NCBI GenBank assembly: GCA_021826685.1
Contig: JAKAYT010000002.1
Coordinates: 27,123 to 91,122, forward strand
DNA length: 64,000 nucleotides
From: Thermoplasmata archaeon
GTDB taxonomy: Archaea; Thermoplasmatota; Thermoplasmata; Lutacidiplasmatales; UBA184
Direction: 5' to 3'
Shown here: positions 39,701-48,390 of the stretch, piece after piece
How positions within the stretch are numbered: position 1 is the first letter of the stretch
Layout of the letters: each line of letters begins with the position of its first letter
Notes under the pieces: model-generated
Told to the model about the DNA's origin: nothing
Seen by the model: only the letters and a program-made list of their open reading frames with translations
The model's database searches: none
Translations under genes and position numbers: made by a program

Positions 39701-39807
39701 TCCTCCAGGCACTCCACGACCACGCATGGTGGCTCCCCGGGAATCGGGGGAACCTCGCGAAGAGTCCCCCGAACGACGGAGCCGATCCGCCGTCCGTTAC
39801 GCCGTGA
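36772..39807 (+). CDS. MMPL/RND-superfamily membrane transporter (COG2409-like predicted exporter)
   Basis: Twofold repeat of hallmark motifs GVGTDYSIFLLSRYREE and GLGTDYNIFLLTRVREE, each followed by a TM bundle. The N-terminus ..ATVRHPWRFIALWVV.. is typical. GTG at 36772 in frame with ORF 36502..39807. About 16 N-x-S/T sequons in the extracytoplasmic domains. Confidence 0.8.
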   Translation: MKEPPERGWGARAFAALGRATVRHPWRFIALWVVLLVVTLPFLGHLNAVETNSTTTLPANAPSSLAQAEFDRLFPGDVSAGSSSYLLFTGPNLTDANAQRTILNVTRALAGDPSLTAIASIDSVYSRYSTYLAGQLILGATGLQQAIAQGVLTEINQTAMVAWGVPAYFLGTWEGLIEENVSPSDANVLAHRDAEAHFANETLPLAVLGAFYTGASPTPTAGFNGTADCAQYASNYPRVESCANAVARANVPAVIDPTLPTPSGRALANAVFDTLAIGNFTNATSLRTTLAATLSPILGFPVAWLLSTLNEFPTSVPSEGEALISANATVAAATLWTEPLPVPNSILSSYVARSGTAQIVDISFTVPDSFTNRTGGTPVYSDIDAMNRLVPGIVARSAYPVDSIAFAQTGAGPLDLAENSVVNESIALVLPITIVVLLVVTALYFRSPLTPLIAFAGLAIAIVLALGGTVLLGTLVTHVDSTSLTLEEVFVLGVGTDYSIFLLSRYREERVAGADSKEAIVTSVTWAGQSVATSGTTAVIATLALTFSGVALLSQWGMVLSFAILMTILLSLTMIPAMLAIVGPRVFWPMTGPRFERLSARQRMRNESRSTYFYRAAAYTRRRPYTMIAILLLVSVPLIYVALNVPLSYDFYQQLPTSQFAVAGLATMNQHFGAGFAFPTTALVTFSSPLLVGNLTNASEFAELAELTSLAQATHGVARVQSLVGSYGAPLATWQNLSSQPTATQVNLEALASSLIGNDHRTVLLSFQTNASGLSATALSALHGVEGSFSRYAADHSSVTKLAYLGGAPITNDLAAQTSIATERLFIAVAIALLVVLLVVLRSAVLPVLAVATIGVSIAWAWALTYLVLGLGFGIGIFFYVPTLMFMLILGLGTDYNIFLLTRVREERIKGRSSREAVAEALARTGGVITAAAVILAGAFASLMFGDFYLLVAIGFSVAIAVLLDATVVRTYFVPAVLQALHDHAWWLPGNRGNLAKSPPNDGADPPSVTP

Positions 39808-40237
39808 GGTAGCGGGCGCGCGCCCGCTCCACGTGCCGCTCGGCGCCCGAGGTATCGACGATCTCCTCGACCACTCCGTTCGGCCCGATGAGGAAGGTCA
39901 CTCGGCGAGCGACCCCGTGCGGGCCGAGCACGCCGTAGGTCCCGGAGACCTTCTTCTCCACGTCCGCGACGAGGCGAAACGGCAGGCCATACTTCTGACG
40001 GAACGCCTCTTGGGCCGGGCAGTCGTCGACGCTGACGCCGACGATCTCGACCCCCTTCTTCTGGAACTCGGCGTGGTGATCCCGAAAGCCCTTCGCCTCG
40101 ATCGTGCAGCCCGGGGTGTCGGCCTTGGGATAGAAATAGAGCACCGTAGGATGCCCGCGCGTCGAGGAAAAACGGAAGCTCGATCCGTCCTGCAGTTTCG
40201 CTTCGAAATCCGGTGCTGGTTCTCCGACCGCGACCAT
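39797..40237 (-). CDS. bcp: peroxiredoxin (Bcp / AhpC-TSA family)
   Basis: ..VLYFYPKADTPGCTIEA.. peroxidatic Cys motif. Confidence 0.85.
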   Translation of the reverse strand: MVAVGEPAPDFEAKLQDGSSFRFSSTRGHPTVLYFYPKADTPGCTIEAKGFRDHHAEFQKKGVEIVGVSVDDCPAQEAFRQKYGLPFRLVADVEKKVSGTYGVLGPHGVARRVTFLIGPNGVVEEIVDTSGAERHVERARARYLTA

Positions 40238-40257
40238 GCACCGGCCAGGCGGGCCGG

Positions 40258-40267
40258 TTATTTATCA
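40258..40267 (-). promoter_or_regulatory. TATA-like (minus-strand TGATAAATAA) about 25 bp upstream of the bcp start
   Basis: Read directly. Confidence 0.35.
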
Positions 40268-40289
40268 GGGGGCCACCCGGATCAGGGGC

Positions 40290-40526
40290 CTACCCGCCGG
40301 TAACGGTCACCAGCGTCTCGGTCGCCCGAATGCCGGGGATCCGTCGGATCCGTTGGAGGACGATGTCGAGGGCCTCGTTGATGTGGTCCGCCTGAATCTT
40401 GAGAATCAGGTCGAACGGCCCGGTGACGGCCTCGACCTCGACCACATGGGGGATCGAACGGATGCGCTGCAGCACCGCGTCGAGCTGGGCCAAATCGACC
40501 TCGGCGAGCAGGTAGAGGGTCTCCAT
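40290..40526 (-). CDS. stand-alone Lrp/AsnC ligand-binding (RAM) domain protein
   Basis: 78 aa with RAM-domain beta-alpha-beta-beta-alpha-beta pattern (METLYLLAEVD..VVEVEAVTGPFDLILKI..) and no HTH. Confidence 0.6.
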   Translation of the reverse strand: METLYLLAEVDLAQLDAVLQRIRSIPHVVEVEAVTGPFDLILKIQADHINEALDIVLQRIRRIPGIRATETLVTVTGG

Positions 40527-40641
40527 CCCGGCGCGTCCTTCCGGGGCGACCGACCCCCGGGGCCCATTTCAAGCTACCCAACGAGGGGAACGAAGCCGGG
40601 GCGTCCAAAAGGCATATCTCTCCACCCCGGGAGGACGGGGC

Positions 40642-41913
40642 GTGGGGCTCGCGTTCCGGGATACTCGGACCGGCCGCACGGTGGACCTAGGATCTCGCCG
40701 TGCACCGGTCACCATGTACGTCTGCGGTCCGACGGTCTACGCCCCGTCCCACGTCGGTCATGGCCGGACCTACCTCTACTTCGACCTGGTTCGCCGCTAC
40801 TTCGCCGAGACCGGGGTACCGGTCCTCCACTTGATGAACATCACGGACGTCGAAGACAAGATCAACGTGCGGGCACGGGAGCTCCGCACCTCCCCCGTCG
40901 CGCTCGCTCGTCGTGAGGAGCGTCGGTTCTTCCGCGACCTCGATGCCCTCGGAGTCCTTCGGCCGACGTACGCTCCCCGGGCGAGCGATTTCGTCGGCGA
41001 GATGGTCCGGTATGCCCGTCGCCTCGAGCGGACGGGCCGGGTGCACCGCTTGGGCGACTCATGGTTCTATCGCCCGCCCGCCTCGACCCTCCGTCGGAAC
41101 TTCGCCATCGCTCAGGAGCTCGGCCGCCACCAGGTCCGGGAGGCCCCCGACGCACCGATCCCCCCGTTGGACCTGCGCGAGTTCGTCGTATGGCGCCGGC
41201 AGTTGCCTCCTCGTCCCTCTTGGATGAGCCCATGGGGTCCGGGCGTCCCGGGCTGGCACCTCGAGTGCTACTCGATGGCCGCTCACCACCTGCGAGTGCC
41301 GGTCGATCTGCAGGGCGGTGGTCAGGACCTCATATTCCCGCACCACTACGCCCAGAACGAGATCGCGTTCGCTCTGACGCATGGGCCGTTCGCACGCGGA
41401 TTCCTCCACACCGGATTCGTCCTCCGCAACGGTCACAAGATGTCGAAGTCGGTCGGGAACCTCGTGGACCTCGGCCCCTCGATCGAGCGCTGGGGGCCGG
41501 ACGCGCTGCGGTGGTACCTGCTCGGGACCCCCCGGCAGCGGCCGATCAACTGGGACGACCGGCAGGTGCGTCGCGCGCGCGAGGAGTTCCGCCGGGTGCG
41601 CGACACGTTCTCCGCCTCGATGGAGGGGGGGGCGGGAGGCACCGTCTCCGCTCGGTGCGTCGTGTCGCTAGCGTGCGGTGTCGAGCGGGCGATCGGGCAC
41701 GAGCTCGGCGCCGAACGAGCGTTCCGGCAGATGAGAGAGTTCGCCGAGGCGATCGCTCGGACGGCGCGAGGGCGCATCGTGTCCGGGGAGCGCCAAGCGG
41801 CCGGGTGGGCCTACCGCCGTATCGAGGCTCTGACGGGCCTCGACCTGATCGGTCCCGAGCAACAGCGTCGGTCCTCCGGACGACGCGCCGCCCGCCGCGC
41901 CGTGGCGGGCTAG
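40642..41913 (+). CDS. cysS: cysteinyl-tRNA synthetase
   Basis: MYVCGPTVYAPSHVGHGRTY (HIGH), WHLEC (Zn site), KMSKSVGN (KMSKS). Confidence 0.85.
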   Translation: MGLAFRDTRTGRTVDLGSRRAPVTMYVCGPTVYAPSHVGHGRTYLYFDLVRRYFAETGVPVLHLMNITDVEDKINVRARELRTSPVALARREERRFFRDLDALGVLRPTYAPRASDFVGEMVRYARRLERTGRVHRLGDSWFYRPPASTLRRNFAIAQELGRHQVREAPDAPIPPLDLREFVVWRRQLPPRPSWMSPWGPGVPGWHLECYSMAAHHLRVPVDLQGGGQDLIFPHHYAQNEIAFALTHGPFARGFLHTGFVLRNGHKMSKSVGNLVDLGPSIERWGPDALRWYLLGTPRQRPINWDDRQVRRAREEFRRVRDTFSASMEGGAGGTVSARCVVSLACGVERAIGHELGAERAFRQMREFAEAIARTARGRIVSGERQAAGWAYRRIEALTGLDLIGPEQQRRSSGRRAARRAVAG

Positions 41914-43109
41914 GGCCGTTCGATGATCGTGCTGAGCCCGTTGCCGCCGCCCATGCAGAGCGTGGCGAGCCCGAGGTGTCCCTGAGCCCGGGCGAGCTCG
42001 TGGACGAGCGTGACGAGAATGCGCGCGCCGCTGGCGCCGATAGGGTGGCCGAGAGCGACCGCTCCCCCGACCGCGTTGAAACGGTCGTCCGGGAAGCCGA
42101 ACGCGCGTTGCACGGCCAACGAGGCCGAAGCATAGGCTTCGTTGTGCTCGACGCGATCGAAATCGCCCGGTTCTAGCCCCGCGGCCGCGAGGTGCTTGCG
42201 GACCGTCGGAATCGGCGACTCCATCACGTTCGCCGGGTCGACGCCGCTCACGCAGGTCGAGCGAATCCATGCGAGCGGGTCGAGGCTGCGTCGGCGGACC
42301 TCGGACGCCGAGGCGAGGACCAGGGCCGCTGCTCCGTCGGAGAGTTTCGAGGCGTTGCCGGCGGTGACGACCCCTCCGGGGAGGAACGCGGGAGCCAATC
42401 GCGCGAGGCCCTCAAGGCTCGTGTCCGCGCGCACGCACTCATCGACCGACAGACCCTTCGAGCGGGGAGCGAGCGCGCTCGGGATCTCGACGATCTCGCG
42501 GGCGAACCGGCCGTCGGCGGTCGCGGCAGCCGCGCGGTGGTTGCTGCGCACGGCGTAGCGGTCGATCTCCTCCCGGGTGAGATGGAAGCGCTCGGCGACC
42601 CTTTCACCGGTCATGCCCATCAGCTCGTGCTCAGAGTAGGCGTCTCGCAAGGCGTCCTCCTGCATCGCGTCCACGAACGCTCGGTTACCGAACTTGATGC
42701 CCGAGCGCACCTCTCCCGTAACGAGATAGGGCGCCCGCGACATCGACTCCATCCCCCCGACCAGCACGAGATTCGCCTCTCCCGCACGGATCTCCGATAG
42801 GCCGATGTGCACGGCCTTCATCCCGGAGCCGCAGACCATGTTCACCGTCGTAGCGCCGCTGCTGTCCGGTACCCCGGCTCCCCGCCCGACCTGTCGCGCC
42901 GGGTTCTGACCCGCGCCCGCCTGGATCCCGTGACCGAAGAGGACATCCTCGATGTCGGCCGGAGCGAGGTGGGCGCGCTCGATCGCCGCCCGGGCCGCGA
43001 ACGCCCCGAGCGCGGTCGCCGGGACCTCGCGAAGGGATCCGAGATACCTTCCAATCGGGGTCCGGACGGCGGAGACGATCGCAACCCGGACCGGTTCGGG
43101 CGCGGGCAT
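41910..43109 (-). CDS. acetyl-CoA C-acetyltransferase, bacterial thiolase-II type (AtoB/PhaA-like)
   Basis: ..[11 protein letters not shown].. (active Cys), ..[11 protein letters not shown].., ..[14 protein letters not shown]. Confidence 0.85.
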   Translation of the reverse strand: MPAPEPVRVAIVSAVRTPIGRYLGSLREVPATALGAFAARAAIERAHLAPADIEDVLFGHGIQAGAGQNPARQVGRGAGVPDSSGATTVNMVCGSGMKAVHIGLSEIRAGEANLVLVGGMESMSRAPYLVTGEVRSGIKFGNRAFVDAMQEDALRDAYSEHELMGMTGERVAERFHLTREEIDRYAVRSNHRAAAATADGRFAREIVEIPSALAPRSKGLSVDECVRADTSLEGLARLAPAFLPGGVVTAGNASKLSDGAAALVLASASEVRRRSLDPLAWIRSTCVSGVDPANVMESPIPTVRKHLAAAGLEPGDFDRVEHNEAYASASLAVQRAFGFPDDRFNAVGGAVALGHPIGASGARILVTLVHELARAQGHLGLATLCMGGGNGLSTIIERP

Positions 43110-43189
43110 CGCTACCGATCACCGGTCGCACGGCATAACGTCAGCGAGGGCTCCGCGGGAGAGGGGAACCGAGTCCGCCCGCGATGTCG

Positions 43190-43957
43190 TTAGTCTTCTT
43201 CCACACGCGGAGCAAGGAGGAAACGTCCCGATCCTTTCCCGTTGGCCATCGAGAACTCGACCTTGAGCGGGTACTCGTTGCCGACGTGCAGCGTGACCTC
43301 GTCCGCGGACGTGATCGACTTCATCATCGCCGAGAAGAAGTCGAGCGGGTACATGCTCTTCACCGGCTCCTTCGACTCGAGGCGGGTCAGGCCGGGCCCG
43401 CCCTTGGAGAGGTGGAGGTCCACGCGGTCGGTCTCGCCCTCGGAATAGAGACGGAAGACCTCGGGTTCGACCTGAATCGTGACGTGATCGGAGATGCTCT
43501 CGCTGCCGCGGATCCCTTGCCGGATCTCGTCCATCGACACGACGGCGACCGCAGGGGGGCTCACGTTCGGCACCTTGGGCTCCGGCATCCCGGCGGGATC
43601 GATCACGGACATCGAGCGGGTGACCTTTCCGACCTTGACGATGAGCCGACTCTTGCCGCCGTCGTACTCGAGGTCGATGTTCTCCCCGGGCTTGGCGAGG
43701 CGGAGGACGTCCTTCAATTTCTCCACATCGACCCCGATACTGGTGGGTTCGCCGGTGAACTCCTCGAAGATCCCCCCCTCGAGCTTGAGGACGAGCATCG
43801 CCACGTGCGAGGGGTCGACCGCACGGACCTCGACCCCGTCCTTCGAGATCGACAGCTTTACTTCGGAGACGAGGGTGGAGACGACCTCGACGAGCTCGCG
43901 GAGGGTCTCGGTCTTAATGCGAGCCTTGAACATTCGCAGCGCCTCGGCGCGCGACAC
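43190..43957 (-). CDS. pcna: DNA polymerase sliding clamp PCNA
   Basis: ..MFKARIKTETLRELVEVVSTLVSEVKL..; full-length three-domain-like PCNA fold. A TATA-like CTTTTTGA about 24 bp upstream favours start 43957. Alternative Met9 at 43933. Confidence 0.8.
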   Translation of the reverse strand: MSRAEALRMFKARIKTETLRELVEVVSTLVSEVKLSISKDGVEVRAVDPSHVAMLVLKLEGGIFEEFTGEPTSIGVDVEKLKDVLRLAKPGENIDLEYDGGKSRLIVKVGKVTRSMSVIDPAGMPEPKVPNVSPPAVAVVSMDEIRQGIRGSESISDHVTIQVEPEVFRLYSEGETDRVDLHLSKGGPGLTRLESKEPVKSMYPLDFFSAMMKSITSADEVTLHVGNEYPLKVEFSMANGKGSGRFLLAPRVEED

Positions 43958-44029
43958 TCTCCCCCCTCAAAAAGCTGCGCATCGCTCCCGGGGGAGAGGC
44001 GCTTTGGCCCGGGAGGAGGTGGGGCGGTC

Positions 44030-44788
44030 GTGACGGAGCTGGCGTACCTCGCGTCGATGGACGGCGCGTACACTCGATCTTTCCGCGCGCGGGTCGTGGC
44101 GCGGCCCCCCGGGGGGGTGGTTCTCGACCGAACGTTCTTCTATCCGACCGGTGGGGGGCAGCCAAACGATCTCGGGACCCTGCGGGCCCCCCGCGCCCCT
44201 GTCGCTGCGGCCGTCGTCGATGTGGTAAAGCAGGGATCGACGGTCGTCCATCGGCTCTCCGGCGCCGCCTCCGCCCGCGCGGGACTCGCTGTCGGCACCG
44301 AGGTGGAAGCGACCATCGACTGGGCCCGGCGGGAGCGACACATGCGGCTCCACACGTCCCAGCACTACCTCAGCGCCCGGATCTTCGCGCGGTACGGCGC
44401 GCGCACGCGTCGCGCGTCGCTCCGGGGGCGCGAGGCGGTCATCGAGCTCGATCGCGCGTTGCCCTTTCGTGCCATCGAGGAACTCGGAGAGGATGCCGCG
44501 AGGATGGCGAGCGACCCGCGGCACGTTCGGATCCGGGAGGTCCCACGGGTCGAATGGGATCGGCACCCCACGGCACGCTCGAGCCTGGTCGCTCTCGCGC
44601 CGGGCGTGGATCCGGTGCGCCTCATCGAGATCGAGGGGATCGATCTGTGCCCCTGCGGGGGTACCCACGTGCGTTCGACCTCGGAGGTCGGAGAGCTCGA
44701 GATTCGACCGATCTCGGAGCGGGACGAAGGGGGCACTCGGCTCAGCTACGTGCTGGTGAACGGAGGCGGGACCACTCCGCCCGAGTAG
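44030..44788 (+). CDS. alaX: AlaX-M-type alanyl-tRNA synthetase editing-domain protein (Ser-tRNAAla deacylase)
   Basis: HTSQHYLS (HxxxH) and CPCGGTHV (CxxxH) zinc motifs. GTG at 44030 with GGAGGAGGTG upstream. The ORF-track upstream 282 aa is the antisense of PCNA. Confidence 0.75.
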   Translation: MTELAYLASMDGAYTRSFRARVVARPPGGVVLDRTFFYPTGGGQPNDLGTLRAPRAPVAAAVVDVVKQGSTVVHRLSGAASARAGLAVGTEVEATIDWARRERHMRLHTSQHYLSARIFARYGARTRRASLRGREAVIELDRALPFRAIEELGEDAARMASDPRHVRIREVPRVEWDRHPTARSSLVALAPGVDPVRLIEIEGIDLCPCGGTHVRSTSEVGELEIRPISERDEGGTRLSYVLVNGGGTTPPE

Positions 44789-45299
44789 TCCCGTACACGT
44801 GCACGTCGTGCCACGCACCGTGGTGGAATAGCGCGGAACGCAGAGTTCCCTCGCGTCGCAAGCCGAGCTTTTCGAGGAGGCGCGCCGAGCCGACGTTGTC
44901 GACATCGCACGTCGCGCCGACACGCTCGACGTGGAACTCGGCGTAGACCCGGTCGATGAGAAGCCCGACCGCTTCGGTCCCGTAGCCGTGGCCGCGTTCT
45001 TCGCTAGCGCCCATGACGTACCATACGTCGACGTACTCGAGGACCGGATGGGCGAAATAGTAGCCCACACAGCCCAGGAGGGTCCCGTCGGATCGCTTGC
45101 GGATCGCGTATCGAGGAGCGAGGGAGCGAGGATCGCTCGCGGCGCTCTCGAGCGATTCCAGGAACGACGGATACTGCTCGGTTTCATACCGGTCAAAGGG
45201 TGCGACCAGCTCCGGGTCCTGGTACCATCGAAAGATGCGCTCGCGCGATCCGGGATCGATCGGCGCAAGCTCGACCCGTGGGCTACGTGGAGGCCCCAT
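44742..45299 (-). CDS. GNAT-family N-acetyltransferase (RimL-like)
   Basis: ..GCVGYYF..VWYVMGASEERGHGYGTEAVGLLID.. acetyl-CoA site. Confidence 0.7.
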   Translation of the reverse strand: MGPPRSPRVELAPIDPGSRERIFRWYQDPELVAPFDRYETEQYPSFLESLESAASDPRSLAPRYAIRKRSDGTLLGCVGYYFAHPVLEYVDVWYVMGASEERGHGYGTEAVGLLIDRVYAEFHVERVGATCDVDNVGSARLLEKLGLRREGTLRSALFHHGAWHDVHVYGTTRAEWSRLRSPARS

Positions 45300-45331
45300 C
45301 GCAAAGGTTCGCTGCTCGCAGCCTCCGTCCG

Positions 45332-45339
45332 TTTAAATA
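45332..45339. promoter_or_regulatory. near-palindromic TATA TTTAAATA in the 65-bp divergent gap (serves the epimerase, possibly the GNAT gene too)
   Basis: About 30 bp from ATG 45365 and 36 bp from the minus-strand start at 45299. Confidence 0.4.
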
Positions 45340-45364
45340 TGGAACCGTCCGTGCGACGGCCCGC

Positions 45365-46339
45365 ATGCCGCCGACCGAGCGCCCCGGGGGCCCGGTGGTC
45401 GTGACCGGGGGCGCCGGCGCGATCGGCACCTTTTTGGTCGAAGCCCTGGTGAAACGCGGGAATGAGGTGCGGATCATCGACAACCTCTCTTCGGGACGGC
45501 GGGCGCACTTGGACCGGCTGGGACGACCGGACGGGTGGAAGCTCGTCATCAGCGACCTTCGGCAGGACGGGTCATGGACCGATGAGTTCCGGGGCGCCCG
45601 CGAGGTCTGGCACCTTGCCGCGAACCCGGACATCCGGCGAGGGACCGAGGACCCGCGGCTCGATCTGGAGCACGGCACGATCGCCACGTTCCATGTGCTC
45701 GAAGCTACTCGGCGTCACGACGTCCCTCGAGTGCATTTCTCCTCCTCGAGCACGGTCTACGGGATGCCGACGGTCTTTCCGACCCCCGAAAGCTACGGAC
45801 CCCTGCTCCCGGAGTCGCTCTACGGGGCCTCCAAGCTCGCGAGCGAGGGCCTGGTGAGCGCATACGCCTCCTGCTACGGGACGACGAGCTACATCTTCCG
45901 TTTCGCGAACATCATCGGACCCTTGATGACGCATGGCGTGCTCTTTGATTTCTTCGAAAAGCTCGCGAAGGACCCCTCTCGGCTCGAGGTTCTCGGGGAC
46001 GGACGCCAAGCCAAGAGCTACCTTCGAACCGAAGACTGCGTCGATGCGATGCTCTTTGCCTCCGAGCGAGGGCACGATCGAGTGAACCTCTTCAACCTCG
46101 GTACGGGCGATCGTATCAGCGTACGGGAGATTGCAGAGAAGGTCGTACGGGCCCATGGAGGCGGGGCCCGAATCGAATACACCGGCGGAACGCGAGGCTG
46201 GCCGGGGGACGTGCCCCAGCAGGATCTCGCGATCGACAAGATCGCCCGACTCGGCTGGACGGCTCGATGGAACAGTGCCGGGGCCGTGGATCTGTCGATC
46301 GAGCAGATGCGCCAATCCATTTCCGCCCGTACTCGTTAG
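45365..46339 (+). CDS. NAD-dependent sugar epimerase/dehydratase (UDP-glucose 4-epimerase-like SDR)
   Basis: VVVTGGAGAIGTF (Rossmann) and YGASKLASE (YxxxK). Confidence 0.8.
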   Translation: MPPTERPGGPVVVTGGAGAIGTFLVEALVKRGNEVRIIDNLSSGRRAHLDRLGRPDGWKLVISDLRQDGSWTDEFRGAREVWHLAANPDIRRGTEDPRLDLEHGTIATFHVLEATRRHDVPRVHFSSSSTVYGMPTVFPTPESYGPLLPESLYGASKLASEGLVSAYASCYGTTSYIFRFANIIGPLMTHGVLFDFFEKLAKDPSRLEVLGDGRQAKSYLRTEDCVDAMLFASERGHDRVNLFNLGTGDRISVREIAEKVVRAHGGGARIEYTGGTRGWPGDVPQQDLAIDKIARLGWTARWNSAGAVDLSIEQMRQSISARTR

Positions 46340-46345
46340 GTCACC

Positions 46346-47410
46346 GTGAGCGCCCCGGAGCGGACGCCCGGAACCGTCACCGTCATCCTGACCGTGCTCA
46401 ATGATCGCCGCGTCGAGCGTACCCTGCACAGCCTCCTCGAGCAGCGGCGCCGACCGGATCGGATCCTCGTCGACGACGGGAGCGGCCCGGACGGGATCGT
46501 CCGCCCGATCGTGGAACGGTGGCGAGCACGCGATCCGCGCGTGGAATGGCTGGACGCGCCGGGCACGATCAGCGAGAGCCGGAACCGGGCCCTCCAGGTG
46601 GTTTCCACCGAATTCGTTGCGTTCATCGATGCGGACGAGATCGCTCGGCCGGAGTGGTTGGGGGAGCTGCTCGGGCCGTTTGACGACCCTAGGATCGGCT
46701 TCACCGGGGGGCCGACCCCCGCCCTCCCGTCGACCTGCCACGGCGCCGGGGTGCGGTACTACGATGGGTACCTTCGACGTTTCTACGACGTGACTGCGCG
46801 AGCCCACCCTACGTCGTTGCCGATGGGCAACTCCGCCTGGCGCACCTCGGTCTTCGATCAGTTGGGCCTCCTCGACGCCACGCTCTATCCCTATGCCTCC
46901 AGCGAGGATCAGGAGATGGCGGTCCGGGCGAGCCGCGCCGGCTGGAAGGGCCGCTACGTCCCGGGCGCAATCGTCGATCACGACTTCTCTGAACTTACTT
47001 CGGGCTCGCTGCTGCGCAAGCAAAGCCGCTACGCGACGGGAGGCTACCTCGTCTGGCGGCGCCACGCCTCGACGTACGAGGCGACCGGGGGACGGCTGGC
47101 TCCCTACGTCCTCCTGCCGGCGCTCGCGGTCCTCGGGGCGATCTTCCTCGCCTTCCCCCAACTCTATTGGCCCGCGGTGGGCTTGCTCGCGACGGGCTCG
47201 GGAGGGCTCGCTGTCCTCGCTTTGGGATTGTCCGTCCAGGGCCTCCGATGGGAACGGACGTACCCCGGGATGCGGTTCCGGGCCTTCGAGATCCTCCGTC
47301 GGTGGGCGACGTTGTTCGGGGCCTTCCGGGGTCTCATCCACTACGGTTGGACGGGCCGCCGGGAGGTGGGCTCTGCCTCGACGGAGCCGCCCCGGTCCGG
47401 CAAACCTTAA
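46346..47410 (+). CDS. GT2-family glycosyltransferase with C-terminal TM helices (Dpm1/AglD-like)
   Basis: VTVILTVLND..ILVDDGS..FIDADE (DxD), then hydrophobic C-terminal segments. Confidence 0.75.
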   Translation: MSAPERTPGTVTVILTVLNDRRVERTLHSLLEQRRRPDRILVDDGSGPDGIVRPIVERWRARDPRVEWLDAPGTISESRNRALQVVSTEFVAFIDADEIARPEWLGELLGPFDDPRIGFTGGPTPALPSTCHGAGVRYYDGYLRRFYDVTARAHPTSLPMGNSAWRTSVFDQLGLLDATLYPYASSEDQEMAVRASRAGWKGRYVPGAIVDHDFSELTSGSLLRKQSRYATGGYLVWRRHASTYEATGGRLAPYVLLPALAVLGAIFLAFPQLYWPAVGLLATGSGGLAVLALGLSVQGLRWERTYPGMRFRAFEILRRWATLFGAFRGLIHYGWTGRREVGSASTEPPRSGKP

Positions 47411-47434
47411 ACCGCAAGCGCGCTCCGCGCGGCG

Positions 47435-48325
47435 ATGACCTCTCACGCCGCAGCTTCGCCGGTCGCTACGGTCGCTTCGGGCGATCTTGTGCACCTCGAC
47501 TTCGAGCTCTGGGCTGAGGGCGGGGCGAAGCCCGAGCTCATCGGAACCACCCGCGAGGAGGTTGCTCAGGATGCCCTGGGGCAGCTTCCGCAAGGGCGTC
47601 GCTACGGACCTCGGCCCCACCTCATCGGCGGCCCCTACTTCCCCTCCGGGATCGAGCAGACCCTGGTCGGCAGCACCGTCGGCAACGAGATCACGAAGGA
47701 GTTCGCCGCGGTAGATGCCTTCGGAGAGCGGGACCCCAAGCTGATCGAACTGTTCTCGATGCACGAGATCGAGCGCCTGCCCGAAATGCGCCGACAGGAC
47801 GCGCATCTGGATGTGGGCACGATCCTGACGATCCGGGGACGAGAGGGCCGCGTCGTGACGCTCACGCAGGCCCGTGTCCGGGTCGACTTCAACCCTCCGT
47901 TCGCGGGCCGCAAGGTCCGCGGGAAGTTCAAGATCGTGGACCGCATCACGGATCCGGACGAGCAGGTCCGTGCGCTGATCGAGATTGAATACGGCCGGCC
48001 GGGCTCGGAATTCCACGTCGAGATCCGCGACCACGTCGTAACGATCAAGGTCCCCGACCGGGCCAAGTTCGACCCTTCCTGGTTCGGCGACAAGCCACGG
48101 ATCGTCGATCGCATCCGCACCCAGATCTCCCCCAAGTCAATACGATTCGTGGAAGAGTACGTCACCCCGACCCCCGAGAAGACCGAATCTGCCGCCGCGC
48201 CCGCAGGAGCCCCTACGGCGCCCTCTCCCCCGAGCTCAGCCCCCGGGACCTCCGCTCCGGCCGATACGGCCAGTCCCGCTACGGGTACCGAGCGCTCCAA
48301 GACGAAACCCGCGGCCAGCCCCTAG
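47435..48325 (+). CDS. long-type FKBP peptidyl-prolyl isomerase (FKBP domain with IF insert plus C-terminal domain) and Pro/Ala/Ser-rich tail
   Basis: ..VHLDFELWAEGGA..LIGGPYFPSGIEQTLVG.. then ..PAGAPTAPSPPSSAPGTSAPADTASPATG.. Confidence 0.7.
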   Translation: MTSHAAASPVATVASGDLVHLDFELWAEGGAKPELIGTTREEVAQDALGQLPQGRRYGPRPHLIGGPYFPSGIEQTLVGSTVGNEITKEFAAVDAFGERDPKLIELFSMHEIERLPEMRRQDAHLDVGTILTIRGREGRVVTLTQARVRVDFNPPFAGRKVRGKFKIVDRITDPDEQVRALIEIEYGRPGSEFHVEIRDHVVTIKVPDRAKFDPSWFGDKPRIVDRIRTQISPKSIRFVEEYVTPTPEKTESAAAPAGAPTAPSPPSSAPGTSAPADTASPATGTERSKTKPAASP

Positions 48326-48390
48326 GTTGCCCCCCGGAACGGAACGAACCAACGCTAGATGAACCGGCTCGCGCTCTTCGCCGTGTGCAG

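Noticed and set aside
43933-43957. Alternative PCNA start at Met9 (MFKA..., the usual archaeal PCNA N-terminus).
   Set aside because: The TATA-like CTTTTTGA lies about 24 bp upstream of ATG 43957, which fits a leaderless start there. The Met9 start is kept as an alternative.
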